DNA of 61,132 nucleotides from Candidatus Beckwithbacteria bacterium (GTDB lineage Bacteria; Patescibacteriota; Microgenomatia; UBA1400; UBA1449), in NCBI GenBank assembly GCA_012798485.1, contig JAAZND010000102.1, positions 1-61,132 on the forward strand, given 5' to 3'. Of this stretch, positions 26,677-36,426 are shown piece by piece. The notes below the pieces were generated by a model. The model saw only the letters and a list, made by a program, of their open reading frames with translations. It had not been told where the DNA came from and made no database searches. Positions within the stretch are counted from its first letter, which is position 1. Every line of letters begins with the position of its first letter. The position numbers and the translations under genes are program-made.

Positions 26677-27498
26677 ATGTTTATCTCAATTATTATCCCT
26701 ACTTATAACGGAAAAATGATATTAAGTAAATATTTACCTTTAATCCTAAAAGGTATGAATAAAAATACTGAAATCCTCATAGTTGACAATAACTCTACTG
26801 ATGGCACAAATGATTTAATAAATTCTTTTAAAACTGTTAAATACTTAAAATTAAATAAAAACTATGGATTTAGTGGTGCCTGTAATTCTGGAGCTAAAAA
26901 GGCTTTAGGAGAATATCTATTATTTCTTAATAATGATTGTTTGTTAGATTCACAAAATTTAAACAAGTTAGTAAAATTTTTAGAATCAAACAATAATTTA
27001 GTTGCTACTCAGCCAGTAGTTTTAAATCCTCAAAGAGAAATTGAAAATATTGGTCTTAAAGTTAATCTTAGAATAGCTAAAGCTTTCCCAATTAAGAATA
27101 AAATCTGGTTTAAAAATTTTAAAAAAAAACAAACAAATCCATTTAAAATTTCAGAAATATATGTTCTTGCAGCTACTTGCTTACTTATTCGTAGAAATAT
27201 TTTCACCAAAATTGGCATGTTCGATGAAAAATTTCATTCTTATCACGAAGACGTGGATTTATTTATAAGACTTACAAAAGCTGGATATAGTTATCTACCA
27301 TGTCTTGATGCAAGCTGTATTCATGAACACATGGCAACCAGTATTAGAATGAGTAATTATAAGCAAAAACAAGATTTTAAAAACTGGATTAGAATTATTA
27401 TAAAAAATTATCCTCTAAGTTATAAAGTTAAATATTCCCCCAGTTTATTAGTTGAAAGATTAAGAAATCTTAATGGTATTATCAAAACTTATTTATGA
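26677..27498 (+). CDS. GT2 glycosyltransferase
   Basis: ISIIIPTYNG, ILIVDNNSTDGT, NYGFSGACN, LNNDC, HEDVDL. Confidence 0.75.
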   Translation: MFISIIIPTYNGKMILSKYLPLILKGMNKNTEILIVDNNSTDGTNDLINSFKTVKYLKLNKNYGFSGACNSGAKKALGEYLLFLNNDCLLDSQNLNKLVKFLESNNNLVATQPVVLNPQREIENIGLKVNLRIAKAFPIKNKIWFKNFKKKQTNPFKISEIYVLAATCLLIRRNIFTKIGMFDEKFHSYHEDVDLFIRLTKAGYSYLPCLDASCIHEHMATSIRMSNYKQKQDFKNWIRIIIKNYPLSYKVKYSPSLLVERLRNLNGIIKTYL

Positions 27499-27513
27499 TA
27501 GAATAAAAATATT

Positions 27514-28317
27514 ATGGCTATACTCTATAAAAAATTCAGCGAAAATCTCAAACTTTTTTGGGAATTTAGAGAATTACTCAAAAATCTGGTCAAAAGAGAA
27601 ATTGCTCAAAGATATAAACAATCTATTTTGGGTTATGCTTGGATTATTTTAAATCCGCTTTTCCAACTCGTTGTTATGAGTTTTGTTTTTGGAGTAATTT
27701 TAAAAGTTTCGTCTTTGAATGTTCCCTTTATTATTTTTTTATCAGTAGCTCTACTTCCTTGGAATTTTTTTGCAACCAGTCTTTCTACTTCATCAGGAGT
27801 TTTAGTTAATAGTAGTTCTTTAATCACTAAAATTTATTTTCCTAGAGAAATTTTGGTTTATGCCAATATGTTTGCTAAATTAATTGATTTTGCTCTTTCC
27901 CTGCTTATTCTTATTGTCTTTTTCTTAATTTTCAAAATCCCCTTTACTATATATTTTTTCTGGTTTATTCCTATTTTAATTGTCCAAATTATTTTTACTA
28001 CTGGTTTATCTTTAATTACTTCTGCTTTTAATCTTTTTTATCGAGACATTCAATATTTATTAAACTTGATTCTTATTCTCTGGATGTATCTTACTCCAGT
28101 AATGTATCCTGTTGAACTAATTCCTAATAAATATCGTTTTATTTTTAAATTTAACCCTATGGCTGTGATAGTCAACGCTTATCGACAGATTTTATTAGGC
28201 AAAAGCGAACCTAATCTTGGCAGCTTATCTATTGCTTTGTTTATTTCTATATTTATCTTTATTTTTGGCTTTTTCATTTTCAAAAAATTAGAAGGGAAAT
28301 TTGCCGACTATGTCTAA
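27514..28317 (+). CDS. wzm: ABC-2 type polysaccharide/teichoic-acid exporter permease
   Basis: 267 aa with about six hydrophobic segments. N-terminal RYKQSILGYAWIILNPL is typical of Wzm/TagG. Confidence 0.8.
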   Translation: MAILYKKFSENLKLFWEFRELLKNLVKREIAQRYKQSILGYAWIILNPLFQLVVMSFVFGVILKVSSLNVPFIIFLSVALLPWNFFATSLSTSSGVLVNSSSLITKIYFPREILVYANMFAKLIDFALSLLILIVFFLIFKIPFTIYFFWFIPILIVQIIFTTGLSLITSAFNLFYRDIQYLLNLILILWMYLTPVMYPVELIPNKYRFIFKFNPMAVIVNAYRQILLGKSEPNLGSLSIALFISIFIFIFGFFIFKKLEGKFADYV

Positions 28318-29038
28318 TGATTTTATTATCAAAGCCGAAAATTTGCATAAACTCTATAGCTTAAACAAACAGCGAACGTTTAAAGAATTTTTGCCTGCAC
28401 TTTTTAGTGGGGCTGAAACGAAATATAGTTTCCATGCGCTAAACGGGATTAATTTTGAAATTAAAAAAGGCGAATCCTTAGCTATTTTAGGCAGAAATGG
28501 TAGCGGCAAATCCACTTTACTTAAAATTATTGCCGGCGTAACTAAACCATCTGATGGGAAAATTACGGTCAACGGCAAGGTTTTTCCTCTTATTGAACTT
28601 GGAGCTGGTTTCCACCCAGAACTTACTGGCAAGGAAAATGTTTATCTGAATGGATCTATCCTTGGTATCAAAGAAAAAGAAATGGATAAGCTTTATAATC
28701 AAATCGTTTCCTTTGCCGAACTAGAACAATTTATGCATGAACCAGTAAAACATTATTCTTCCGGAATGTATATGCGTCTTGCTTTTGCTGTGGCTGTGGC
28801 TAAAATCCCTAACATACTTCTAGTTGATGAAATTTTAGCTGTCGGCGATCTTAGGTTCCAAAAAAAATGTTTGAGTAGAATCAAGGAATTTCAAAATCAA
28901 GGGACTACTCTTATTATAGTTTCTCATTCTCGTAAAACAATTGAGGATTATTGCCAAAAAGGACTCTTAATTAACAATGGAAATCAATTATATTTTGGTG
29001 AAGTCAAAAAGGCTTTGGAAAAATACGCCCAGATTTAA
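28310..29038 (+). CDS. wzt: ABC polysaccharide exporter ATPase, short form without a C-terminal extension
   Basis: Walker A GRNGSGKST, signature YSSGM, Walker B LLVDE. ATG 28310 overlaps the wzm stop; the track start 28301 is TTG. Confidence 0.85.
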   Translation: MSNDFIIKAENLHKLYSLNKQRTFKEFLPALFSGAETKYSFHALNGINFEIKKGESLAILGRNGSGKSTLLKIIAGVTKPSDGKITVNGKVFPLIELGAGFHPELTGKENVYLNGSILGIKEKEMDKLYNQIVSFAELEQFMHEPVKHYSSGMYMRLAFAVAVAKIPNILLVDEILAVGDLRFQKKCLSRIKEFQNQGTTLIIVSHSRKTIEDYCQKGLLINNGNQLYFGEVKKALEKYAQI

Positions 29039-30465
29039 TTTTGCACTCTTTGTAAAATATGCAATTTTATTCCACCTTTACACGTATAAATTTTAATTTC
29101 TTCTGATTTGCCAAACTGAGTGAGTTCATTAAAACTAGTTTTATTGTGTTCATAAGTAGCATTATCAGCTACCACCACCATTTTCTGCGCTTCTGTAATT
29201 TGTGTGTCCAGATCTTTAATTGTGCAACCGGACTCTTTAAATAAATATTTAAATTCCATAGCATTATGAAGAAAATCTCTTAAACCAGATTGACCAGAAA
29301 CAAACATCGGTTCTTTTTCTTGACTACAAAACATTTCCGAGCAGCTTACAATTTCTTCCGCAGTCCTAGTTGCTGGCTGAAAATAGTCTTTTAAATTTGC
29401 AGGCTGCAAAAAAACTGAAGCTAAAACAAGAGAAATAAATAAAGAGCTTCTAATTTCTAAAAACGAAATAACCAGAAAAAGCAAAGGTAAAATCCCAAAA
29501 ATATAATGGTTTTGTACGCCTATTGGAGCAATCATGGTAATGAAAAAAGTTAATAAAGTTAAAACCAAGCTATCTTGAAGGTAAATATTCCTTTCTTTAT
29601 TTTGGAACTTTTTAAAACTTAAATAAATAAACAAAATTATTAAAAGGCAAAAACAAACGAATAAAAGAGGGCTAAAATGAGGAAAAGTAAAATTTTGCAA
29701 ATTAGTTAATTTAGTGAAAAGATCTAATCCTTGTTGTTTTATCTTTTCTTGATACAAAAGCATCTTAGTCAGAAGAAATTGATGGCGAAGTTCAAAAAAT
29801 ATTGTTGGTGAATTAACTAAGATTAAATTTAAAAAAGTAAATAAATAGATTTTGAGAACTTTTTTCTTAAAGATAAAAATAGCATAAAGCATAAAGGCCA
29901 CTAAAGTCGGTACAGCCGAATAATTAAAAGAGATTGCAAAAGCCAAACTTAAAGTAAAGCAAATTAAATATAAATTGTTAAAATTTTTCTTAAGTATTTG
30001 CCAAAAATAAAATGAGACTAAAATAAATCCAGAGACAAAAGAAGGGTTCCAGACAAAACGACTTTGTGTAATCTGTTGAGGGTGAATTGTAAGTAAAAAG
30101 AAGGTGATTAAAAGCGAAGTCTGTAAAATTGGTTTTTTACGCAAAAAATAAACTCCTAACAAAAATAAAACAGTATAAAAAAAGGCATTAGCATAAAGCG
30201 TTGCAAACAAAGAATGATTGGTAAGTAAATAAAAAGGCATCAAAAAATAAAAATAAGCTGCACTTTGATTAAACGGCAAAGCACTGGTCTGTGGTCCCAA
30301 AAGCGGAGGTTTAAGACTTTTTTCCCAGTCATAAAGAACTAGAAAGTCTCTACCAATATCATTAAAAAATAACAAAGAAGTTTGAATTTTATAAAATCTT
30401 AAGAAAAAATAAAACATCACTAAAAAAATTGTTAAACCGATAATTAGATATTGATTATTTTTCAT
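29035..30465 (-). CDS. Polytopic membrane protein with a soluble C-terminal domain (GT-C-like architecture)
   Basis: 476 aa: about 350 aa of hydrophobic segments, then a Cys-containing soluble domain. Its stop shares the palindrome TTAA with the wzt stop. Confidence 0.4.
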   Translation of the reverse strand: MKNNQYLIIGLTIFLVMFYFFLRFYKIQTSLLFFNDIGRDFLVLYDWEKSLKPPLLGPQTSALPFNQSAAYFYFLMPFYLLTNHSLFATLYANAFFYTVLFLLGVYFLRKKPILQTSLLITFFLLTIHPQQITQSRFVWNPSFVSGFILVSFYFWQILKKNFNNLYLICFTLSLAFAISFNYSAVPTLVAFMLYAIFIFKKKVLKIYLFTFLNLILVNSPTIFFELRHQFLLTKMLLYQEKIKQQGLDLFTKLTNLQNFTFPHFSPLLFVCFCLLIILFIYLSFKKFQNKERNIYLQDSLVLTLLTFFITMIAPIGVQNHYIFGILPLLFLVISFLEIRSSLFISLVLASVFLQPANLKDYFQPATRTAEEIVSCSEMFCSQEKEPMFVSGQSGLRDFLHNAMEFKYLFKESGCTIKDLDTQITEAQKMVVVADNATYEHNKTSFNELTQFGKSEEIKIYTCKGGIKLHILQRVQN

Positions 30466-30487
30466 TTTTATTTTGTCATTCTATGTT

Positions 30488-31747
30488 TTAATACAGAATC
30501 TTTCTTTTCCTGCCAAAATATATTCCTATCTCGACAAATAAAGTTAAGGTATTCACAATAAATAAACTATAAATTGGTCCATAAAAATTTTGTTTAGGAA
30601 TAAAAAATAAATTTAAAATAAAAAAGATGAGCACTTGCAAACCCAAAATCAGCGTCATTAACTGCGGTTTTTTATAAAAATAAACAATGGCATTATAAAA
30701 TGGCACAGTTAAAATAAGCGGTAAATAAGCCAAAACCAAAAACTGGAAAATTTTTACAGAAGCAGAAAACTCGCTTGAATAGGCAAACAAAATTAAATAT
30801 TTACCAAGCAAAAATAAACTAGCCAGAACAGCAAAAACCAAGGCAGAAATAGTCAAAGAAGATCTTAAATAATGATGGCATTCTTCTTTATTTTTAAACT
30901 GCGAAAACCTGGTTGAAAAAACTGCGATTAAGGAATTTATGCTTAATGGGAAAATAATCATAAATCTGGCGGCGGCAGAATAAAGACCAACTTGGTAGGC
31001 TGATAAAAAAGCTGGCAGCATCAAAATATCCAATTTGTAAAACAGATTCACAAAAATATTATTTGGCACAAACCATTTACTAAACTCAATTAAACTTTTC
31101 CATTTTTCGCGATTAAAATAAGGGAAAATAAAAAACTTTTTAAGTAAGACTAAAGTCAAGACAAAAACTAAACCATAACTAAAATTAACTATAATCAAGG
31201 CATTTTGGACATTAAAAACAAAAAAATAAAGCAAAACAGCGACAAAAATTAATCTTAAAATACAATACAAAATATCCACCAATGATCTCTGAAAAAACTT
31301 TTTTAAAGACTGAAAAACAGCTAAAAAATAAACAAACAAAGAAAAAGTAATAATAGAAATAAAAATTAAGAAGAAATAATGATCATTATAATGCCAAATT
31401 TTTTTAAGCAAAAACTCATAGACTAAACTAAAAAATAAGGATAAACCAATGGTAGAAATAAATACAGAATAAAAAGAAGTGGTAATAATTTTTTTCTTTT
31501 CTTCTTCTTTAACTTGAGCGACAAATTTTACCAAAGATTGATTAATACCAAGATCAACAATGGTTGAGAGAAATAAAATATAACTGGTAATAGTCGAATA
31601 AATGCCAAACTGCTCAGCGCCCACGCTTCTTGCAAGCAGAGATAAAAACACAAAGCCTAAAACTGAACCGACAGCCGAACTAGCCATCACTAGCAAGCTA
31701 TCTTTAAAACTCGAAGATAAAATAGTCTCTTTAATTAAATTTCCCAT
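30488..31747 (-). CDS. MOP-superfamily polysaccharide flippase (Wzx-like)
   Basis: 419 aa, hydrophobic throughout, with the N-terminal pattern of polysaccharide biosynthesis proteins (GAEQFGIYS...GINQSLVKF). Confidence 0.6.
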   Translation of the reverse strand: MGNLIKETILSSSFKDSLLVMASSAVGSVLGFVFLSLLARSVGAEQFGIYSTITSYILFLSTIVDLGINQSLVKFVAQVKEEEKKKIITTSFYSVFISTIGLSLFFSLVYEFLLKKIWHYNDHYFFLIFISIITFSLFVYFLAVFQSLKKFFQRSLVDILYCILRLIFVAVLLYFFVFNVQNALIIVNFSYGLVFVLTLVLLKKFFIFPYFNREKWKSLIEFSKWFVPNNIFVNLFYKLDILMLPAFLSAYQVGLYSAAARFMIIFPLSINSLIAVFSTRFSQFKNKEECHHYLRSSLTISALVFAVLASLFLLGKYLILFAYSSEFSASVKIFQFLVLAYLPLILTVPFYNAIVYFYKKPQLMTLILGLQVLIFFILNLFFIPKQNFYGPIYSLFIVNTLTLFVEIGIYFGRKRKILY

Positions 31748-31842
31748 AAGTTTTGAATTTTTCTATAATTACGATTATACTTACTAGAGAGAATAAATTA
31801 AACTATAAAAAAACAGACAATAAAACAAAATAATTTTGCATA

Positions 31843-32820
31843 TTGTTTGTTTTTCTTTTTATTTTGGCAAAAATTTTAATTACTGGCGGAGCAGGACTGA
31901 TTGGATCTCATTTAACTGATTCATTACTTGCCAAAGGTCATCAAATTACTTGCGTTGATAATTTTATTACTGGCAGAAAAGATAATATCGAAAATCTTTT
32001 GGGAAACGCAAATTATAATTTAATTGAAGCCGATGTCAGTAATCCTCCAGATACTTATCTTAAAGAGAAGGATTATCAATATCTTTTTCACTTAGCTTCT
32101 CCAGCTTCTCCCAAAGGTTATTTTAATAATCCGATTCTAACTTATAAAACCAATGCTTTTGGCACTCATTATCTACTTGAATTTGCTAGAAATATCAACG
32201 CTCGACTTCTCTATTCTTCAACATCTGAAAGCTATGGTGACCCACTCGAACATCCACAAAAAGAAACTTATTGGGGCAACGTCAATCCTGTCGGTATCCG
32301 TTCTTGCTATGATGTTTCCAAACGCTTTGGAGAAATGGCTTGTATGACCAATTTTAGGCAATTTAAACAAGATGTTCGAATTGTTAGGATTTTTAACACT
32401 TATGGTCCACGCAACGATCCTTATGATGGCAGAGTTATTCCTGCTTTTATTATGCAGGCGCTTAAAAATGAACCAATTACTATTTACGGAGATGGCTCTC
32501 ATACTCGCAGTTATTGTTATGTAGCTGACTTAGTAGAAAGCCTCGAAAAAATGATGTTTGGTGAAAACCTTGCTGGAGAAATAATTAATCTTGGCAATCC
32601 TGAAGAATATAGTATTTTGGATACAGCTAATATTATAAAAAAACTGACTAATTCAAATTCAGAAATAATTTTTAAAACTATGGAAGGAGTCAGAAGCGAA
32701 GATCCTCAAAAAAGACAACCAGACATAACTAAAGCTAATACTATGCTCTCATGGTCTCCTTCGACTGATTTTGAAACCGGACTTAAAAAAACTATCGAAT
32801 ATTTCAAAAAATATATTTAA
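31843..32820 (+). CDS. uxs: UDP-glucuronate decarboxylase (UDP-xylose synthase)
   Basis: GGAGLIGSH, and GDPLEHPQKETYWGNVNPVGIRSCYDVSKRFGE, which is characteristic of UXS. The true start may be TTG 31864, giving (M)AKILITGG. Confidence 0.8.
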   Translation: MFVFLFILAKILITGGAGLIGSHLTDSLLAKGHQITCVDNFITGRKDNIENLLGNANYNLIEADVSNPPDTYLKEKDYQYLFHLASPASPKGYFNNPILTYKTNAFGTHYLLEFARNINARLLYSSTSESYGDPLEHPQKETYWGNVNPVGIRSCYDVSKRFGEMACMTNFRQFKQDVRIVRIFNTYGPRNDPYDGRVIPAFIMQALKNEPITIYGDGSHTRSYCYVADLVESLEKMMFGENLAGEIINLGNPEEYSILDTANIIKKLTNSNSEIIFKTMEGVRSEDPQKRQPDITKANTMLSWSPSTDFETGLKKTIEYFKKYI

Positions 32821-32840
32821 ATAAAATTTAAAAATGTGTC

Positions 32841-32899
32841 ATTTCCGCGCCTGCCTGCGACTCATATTGTGTAGCAATTTTGAGCAGGAAAGTGGGAAT
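32841..32899 (+). other. GC-enriched imperfect hairpin in the uxs-to-epimerase spacer (candidate structured RNA or attenuator)
   Basis: atttccgc (32841-32848) can pair with gtgggaat (32892-32899) using two G-U pairs. Inner cctgc (32850-32854) pairs with gcagg (32884-32888). It is locally far more GC-rich than the rest of the window. Confidence 0.2.
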
Positions 32900-32950
32900 C
32901 TATAAAATAAACTCTGTTAATGAATTACAGATTAAATCCAAAATGACAAC

Positions 32951-33925
32951 ATGACAATGCTAAAAACTCTACTTATTACTGGCTGTGCCGGTTTTATTGG
33001 CTCTAGTCTCGTTGAAAAAATTGTTGATGATTATCAAATTATTGGTGTAGATGAATTTAACGATTACTATAATCCACTCTGGAAAGAAGAGAATGTTAAA
33101 AATTTTCTAAACCATCCTCATTTCAAATTATATCGAACCGATATAAGAGATTACCAAATTTTAGAGGAAATTTTTAGGCAAAACAAAATTGACAAAATTA
33201 TCCATCTGGCTGCTCGTGCCGGCGTCAGACCATCTTTAAAAGATCCACTACTTTATGAAGAGGTTAATGTCAAAGGCACCTTAAACCTTTTGGAGTTATC
33301 CAGAAAAAACCAAATTAAACATTTCATTTTTGCTTCAAGTTCCAGTGTTTATGGAAATCAAAACAAAGTGCCTTTTTCTGAAACTGACCCAACTGATCAA
33401 CCAATTTCTCCTTATGCTGCTACTAAAAAAGCTGGAGAGTTATTCTGTCGTCTTTATAATGAAAATTATCAGATTAAAATGACTTGTCTTCGCTTTTTTA
33501 CTGTTTATGGTCCCAAAGGTAGACCTGATATGGCGCCTTATTTATTTACCAAAGCCATTTTAAACGGAGAAGAAATCCAAAAATTTGGAGATGGACAAAC
33601 TCAACGAGACTATACTTATATTGATGATATTATAGAGGGGATTAATAAAGTTATTGAAAAAGAATTCGATTTTGAAATTTTCAATCTTGGCAATAATAAT
33701 CCTGTCAGTCTTAATGATTTTATTAAAAACTTGGAAGAAATAACTGGAAAACAAATGCAGATTAAACAAATGCCAATTCCTGCTGGTGATGTTGTTAAGA
33801 CCTACGCCGATATTGCCAAAGCTAAAAAATTGCTTGGTTGGCAACCACAAACCAACTTTAAAACTGGTTTAGAAAAATTTGTAGCTTGGTACAAAAATAA
33901 TAGATTATTAAATATGTCATCCTGA
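32951..33925 (+). CDS. UDP-glucuronate 4-epimerase-like SDR
   Basis: GCAGFIGS, HLAARAGVRPS, ASSSSVYG, PISPYAATKKAGE, LRFFTVYGPKGRPDMA, QRDYTYIDDI. Confidence 0.75.
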   Translation: MTMLKTLLITGCAGFIGSSLVEKIVDDYQIIGVDEFNDYYNPLWKEENVKNFLNHPHFKLYRTDIRDYQILEEIFRQNKIDKIIHLAARAGVRPSLKDPLLYEEVNVKGTLNLLELSRKNQIKHFIFASSSSVYGNQNKVPFSETDPTDQPISPYAATKKAGELFCRLYNENYQIKMTCLRFFTVYGPKGRPDMAPYLFTKAILNGEEIQKFGDGQTQRDYTYIDDIIEGINKVIEKEFDFEIFNLGNNNPVSLNDFIKNLEEITGKQMQIKQMPIPAGDVVKTYADIAKAKKLLGWQPQTNFKTGLEKFVAWYKNNRLLNMSS

Positions 33926-33945
33926 ATTCATTTCAGGATCTTTCT

Positions 33946-34884
33946 ATGAATCCAAAATTCTGGCAAGACAAAAAAGTTTTAATTACCGGTGGAACTGGTT
34001 TTTTAGGAACTCATTTAGTAAAAAAAATTAAAAAACTTAATCCTGAGAAAATTTATACTCCTTCATCAAAAGATTTAAATTTTATTAAGCTTGCAGATTG
34101 CCAAAAGGCAGTTAAAGATATTGATATCGTTATTCATTTAGCAGCTATTGTCGGCGGCATTGGCTATAACCAAAAAATTCCAGGAAAAATGTTTTATGAC
34201 AATATTATGATGGGTACTCAACTTATGGAAGAAGCCCGAAAAGCCAAAGTTAAAAAATTTGTCTCTATTGGCACTATTTGCGCTTATCCTAAATTTACTC
34301 CTACTCCATTTAAAGAAGAAGATTTATGGAATGGCTATCCGGAAGAAACTAATGCGCCTTATGGTCTTGCCAAAAAAATGCTGCTTGTTCAAGGTCAGGC
34401 ATACAGACAACAATATGATTTTAATGCTATTTACTTACTTTTAGTTAACTTGTACGGCCCAGGTGATAATTTTAATCCAGATTCTTCTCATGTCATTCCC
34501 GCTATGATTAAAAAATTTGTTGAAGCAAAAAGGAATCGAAATAAAAATGTCACACTTTGGGGAACAGGGAAACCAACCAGAGAATTCTTGTATGTGGAAG
34601 ACGCAGCTCAAGGTATTATCTTAGCAACAGAAAAATATAATGAAGGAGAACCTGTCAATCTTGGAAGTAGCTTTGAAATATCTATTAAAAAATTAGCAGA
34701 AACAATCAAAGAAGAAGTTGGTTTTGAAGGCAAAATTATTTGGGATCACACTAAACCAGATGGTCAGCTAAGAAGAAAATTAGATGTAGCAAAAGCTAAA
34801 AAATATTTTAACTTTGAATCTAAAACTGACTTTAAAAAAGGTCTTAAAAAAACTATCGATTGGTATAAAGAAAGCTATCATTAA
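33946..34884 (+). CDS. fcl: GDP-L-fucose synthase-like SDR (GDP-4-keto-6-deoxymannose 3,5-epimerase/4-reductase)
   Basis: HLAAIVGGIGYN, IGTICAYPK, ETNAPYGLAKK, VNLYGPGDNF, SSHVIPAMIKKF. Confidence 0.7.
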   Translation: MNPKFWQDKKVLITGGTGFLGTHLVKKIKKLNPEKIYTPSSKDLNFIKLADCQKAVKDIDIVIHLAAIVGGIGYNQKIPGKMFYDNIMMGTQLMEEARKAKVKKFVSIGTICAYPKFTPTPFKEEDLWNGYPEETNAPYGLAKKMLLVQGQAYRQQYDFNAIYLLLVNLYGPGDNFNPDSSHVIPAMIKKFVEAKRNRNKNVTLWGTGKPTREFLYVEDAAQGIILATEKYNEGEPVNLGSSFEISIKKLAETIKEEVGFEGKIIWDHTKPDGQLRRKLDVAKAKKYFNFESKTDFKKGLKKTIDWYKESYH

Positions 34885-34892
34885 TTCTAATT

Positions 34893-35599
34893 ATGAAACT
34901 ATCTATTTTTATTACAAATATAATTATTGATCTTTTCCATAAATATCAAGAAAATAAAAACAAGAAGAAAACTATTAAAGAAATTTATAGGCTTAAACAT
35001 TATCTGAAAAATAAAGATTCTCTAAAGATTCATTTTGGTTGTGGTCCAAGAATTTTAAAAGATTGGATTAATATTGATTTAAATTATATGGATCATAAAT
35101 ATTATTTTAAAAATTGTAAAGATAAATATTATCCACCAGAAATAAAAGGTAATAAAGATGATTTTTTTGCAATAAATATCACAAAAACTAAGTTTCCCTT
35201 AAAAGATAATTCTGTTGATCTTATCTTTCATGAAGATTTTATTGAACATTTAAATCAAAAGGAACAAGTTATTTTTTTAGCCGAAACTTATAGAATCTTA
35301 AAAAAGGATCTATACATAGAATCAATACGCCAGATTTAATATTTTCCATGAAACAGAATTCATATTTTAAAAAAGGATTTGACGGAGTTTATAAAGAAGA
35401 ATGGGAAAACTATAATCATAAAAATCTATTATCAAAAAAATCATTAGAAGAACTTGCGAAAATAATTGGATATTCTAAAATAATCTTTAACCAAAGAGAT
35501 CAAAGTATTTCTAAACTTATCCCATTAGAATTTCGTCCAGCTCCTGATGATTTTTCCAGAGGAGCAAACGGCAATATTTTTGCTGATTTAATTAAATAA
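34893..35599 (+). pseudogene. Class I SAM methyltransferase with a -1 frameshift in an A6 tract (35300-35305); paralogue of 38497-39153
   Basis: ORFs 34893-35339 and 35348-35599 together align along the whole of ORF 38497-39153. Adding one A to the A6 run restores LKKGSIHRINTPDLIFSMKQNS, matching LKKNHVHRINTPNLLISMKQNS in the paralogue. Confidence 0.65.
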
Positions 35600-35602
35600 A
35601 CT

Positions 35603-36421
35603 ATGTCTCAAACAATTACTATTATCAAACCAAAATCAAAATTAACTCTTCTAGACCTCAAAGAAATTTGGCAATTTAAAGAATTATTCTTTACCTTTGC
35701 CCATAGAGATATCAAACTTAGATATAAACAAACTATCATTGGGGGACTTTGGGCAATAATTCAACCATTAACTACGATGATAATTTTTAGTTTCTTTTTT
35801 GGGAAACTTGCCAAAATCCCTTCTGACGGAGTACCTTATCCTATTTTTTCTTATTCTGGACTTTTATTATGGACTTTTTTTGCCAATGCTATTTCCATGG
35901 CTAGTGTCAGTATGATCAATAGCGCTTCAATTATTACCAAAGTTTATTTTCCACGCCTTATTGTCCCTGTTTCTGCAACTATAGTTTTCTTTATTGATTA
36001 TTTTATTTCTTTTTTTATCTTATTATTCTTAATCTTTTTTTATAAATTCCCCCTGAGAATAGAATTACTTTTACTTCCTTTAATTTTATTTTTCACTTGG
36101 ATTTTAGCTTGTGGGATTGGTTTAATCTTATCTGCTCTTAATGTTAAATACCGCGATGTCAGATACGCCATCCCTTTTTTATTACAGATCTTAATTTATA
36201 TTACACCGGTTATTTATCCAACTTCTGTTTCTGGAAAATTTCAATGGCTCGTTAACCTTAACCCAATGACTGGATATATCGAAGCTCATCGCGCTTTAAT
36301 TCTAGGACTACCATTTAATTATGGAGAGTTATTAATTTCTATTGGATTAACAATGATTATTTTAGTTTGTGGCATTTTCTATTTCAAATCAGTAGAGAAA
36401 AAATTTGCTGACATTATTTAA
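35603..36421 (+). CDS. wzm: ABC-2 type polysaccharide exporter permease (second copy)
   Basis: 272 aa. RYKQTIIGGLWAIIQPL, about six TM segments. Paralogue of 27514-28317. Confidence 0.8.
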   Translation: MSQTITIIKPKSKLTLLDLKEIWQFKELFFTFAHRDIKLRYKQTIIGGLWAIIQPLTTMIIFSFFFGKLAKIPSDGVPYPIFSYSGLLLWTFFANAISMASVSMINSASIITKVYFPRLIVPVSATIVFFIDYFISFFILLFLIFFYKFPLRIELLLLPLILFFTWILACGIGLILSALNVKYRDVRYAIPFLLQILIYITPVIYPTSVSGKFQWLVNLNPMTGYIEAHRALILGLPFNYGELLISIGLTMIILVCGIFYFKSVEKKFADII

Positions 36422-36426
36422 AAAAT

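Noticed and set aside
29035-29038. The shared TTAA where the convergent wzt and membrane-protein genes end, and the 29-nt convergent overlap at 49913-49941, considered as regulatory antisense arrangements.
   Set aside because: Short convergent overlaps of stop codons are common in compact genomes. No hairpin or other signal accompanies them, so there is no basis for a regulatory claim.
32835-32900. The GC-rich patch in the uxs-epimerase spacer considered as a tRNA or other known small RNA gene.
   Set aside because: It cannot be folded into a cloverleaf, and it lacks T-loop and anticodon-arm features and a CCA-proximal acceptor stem. It is kept only as an unexplained hairpin element.
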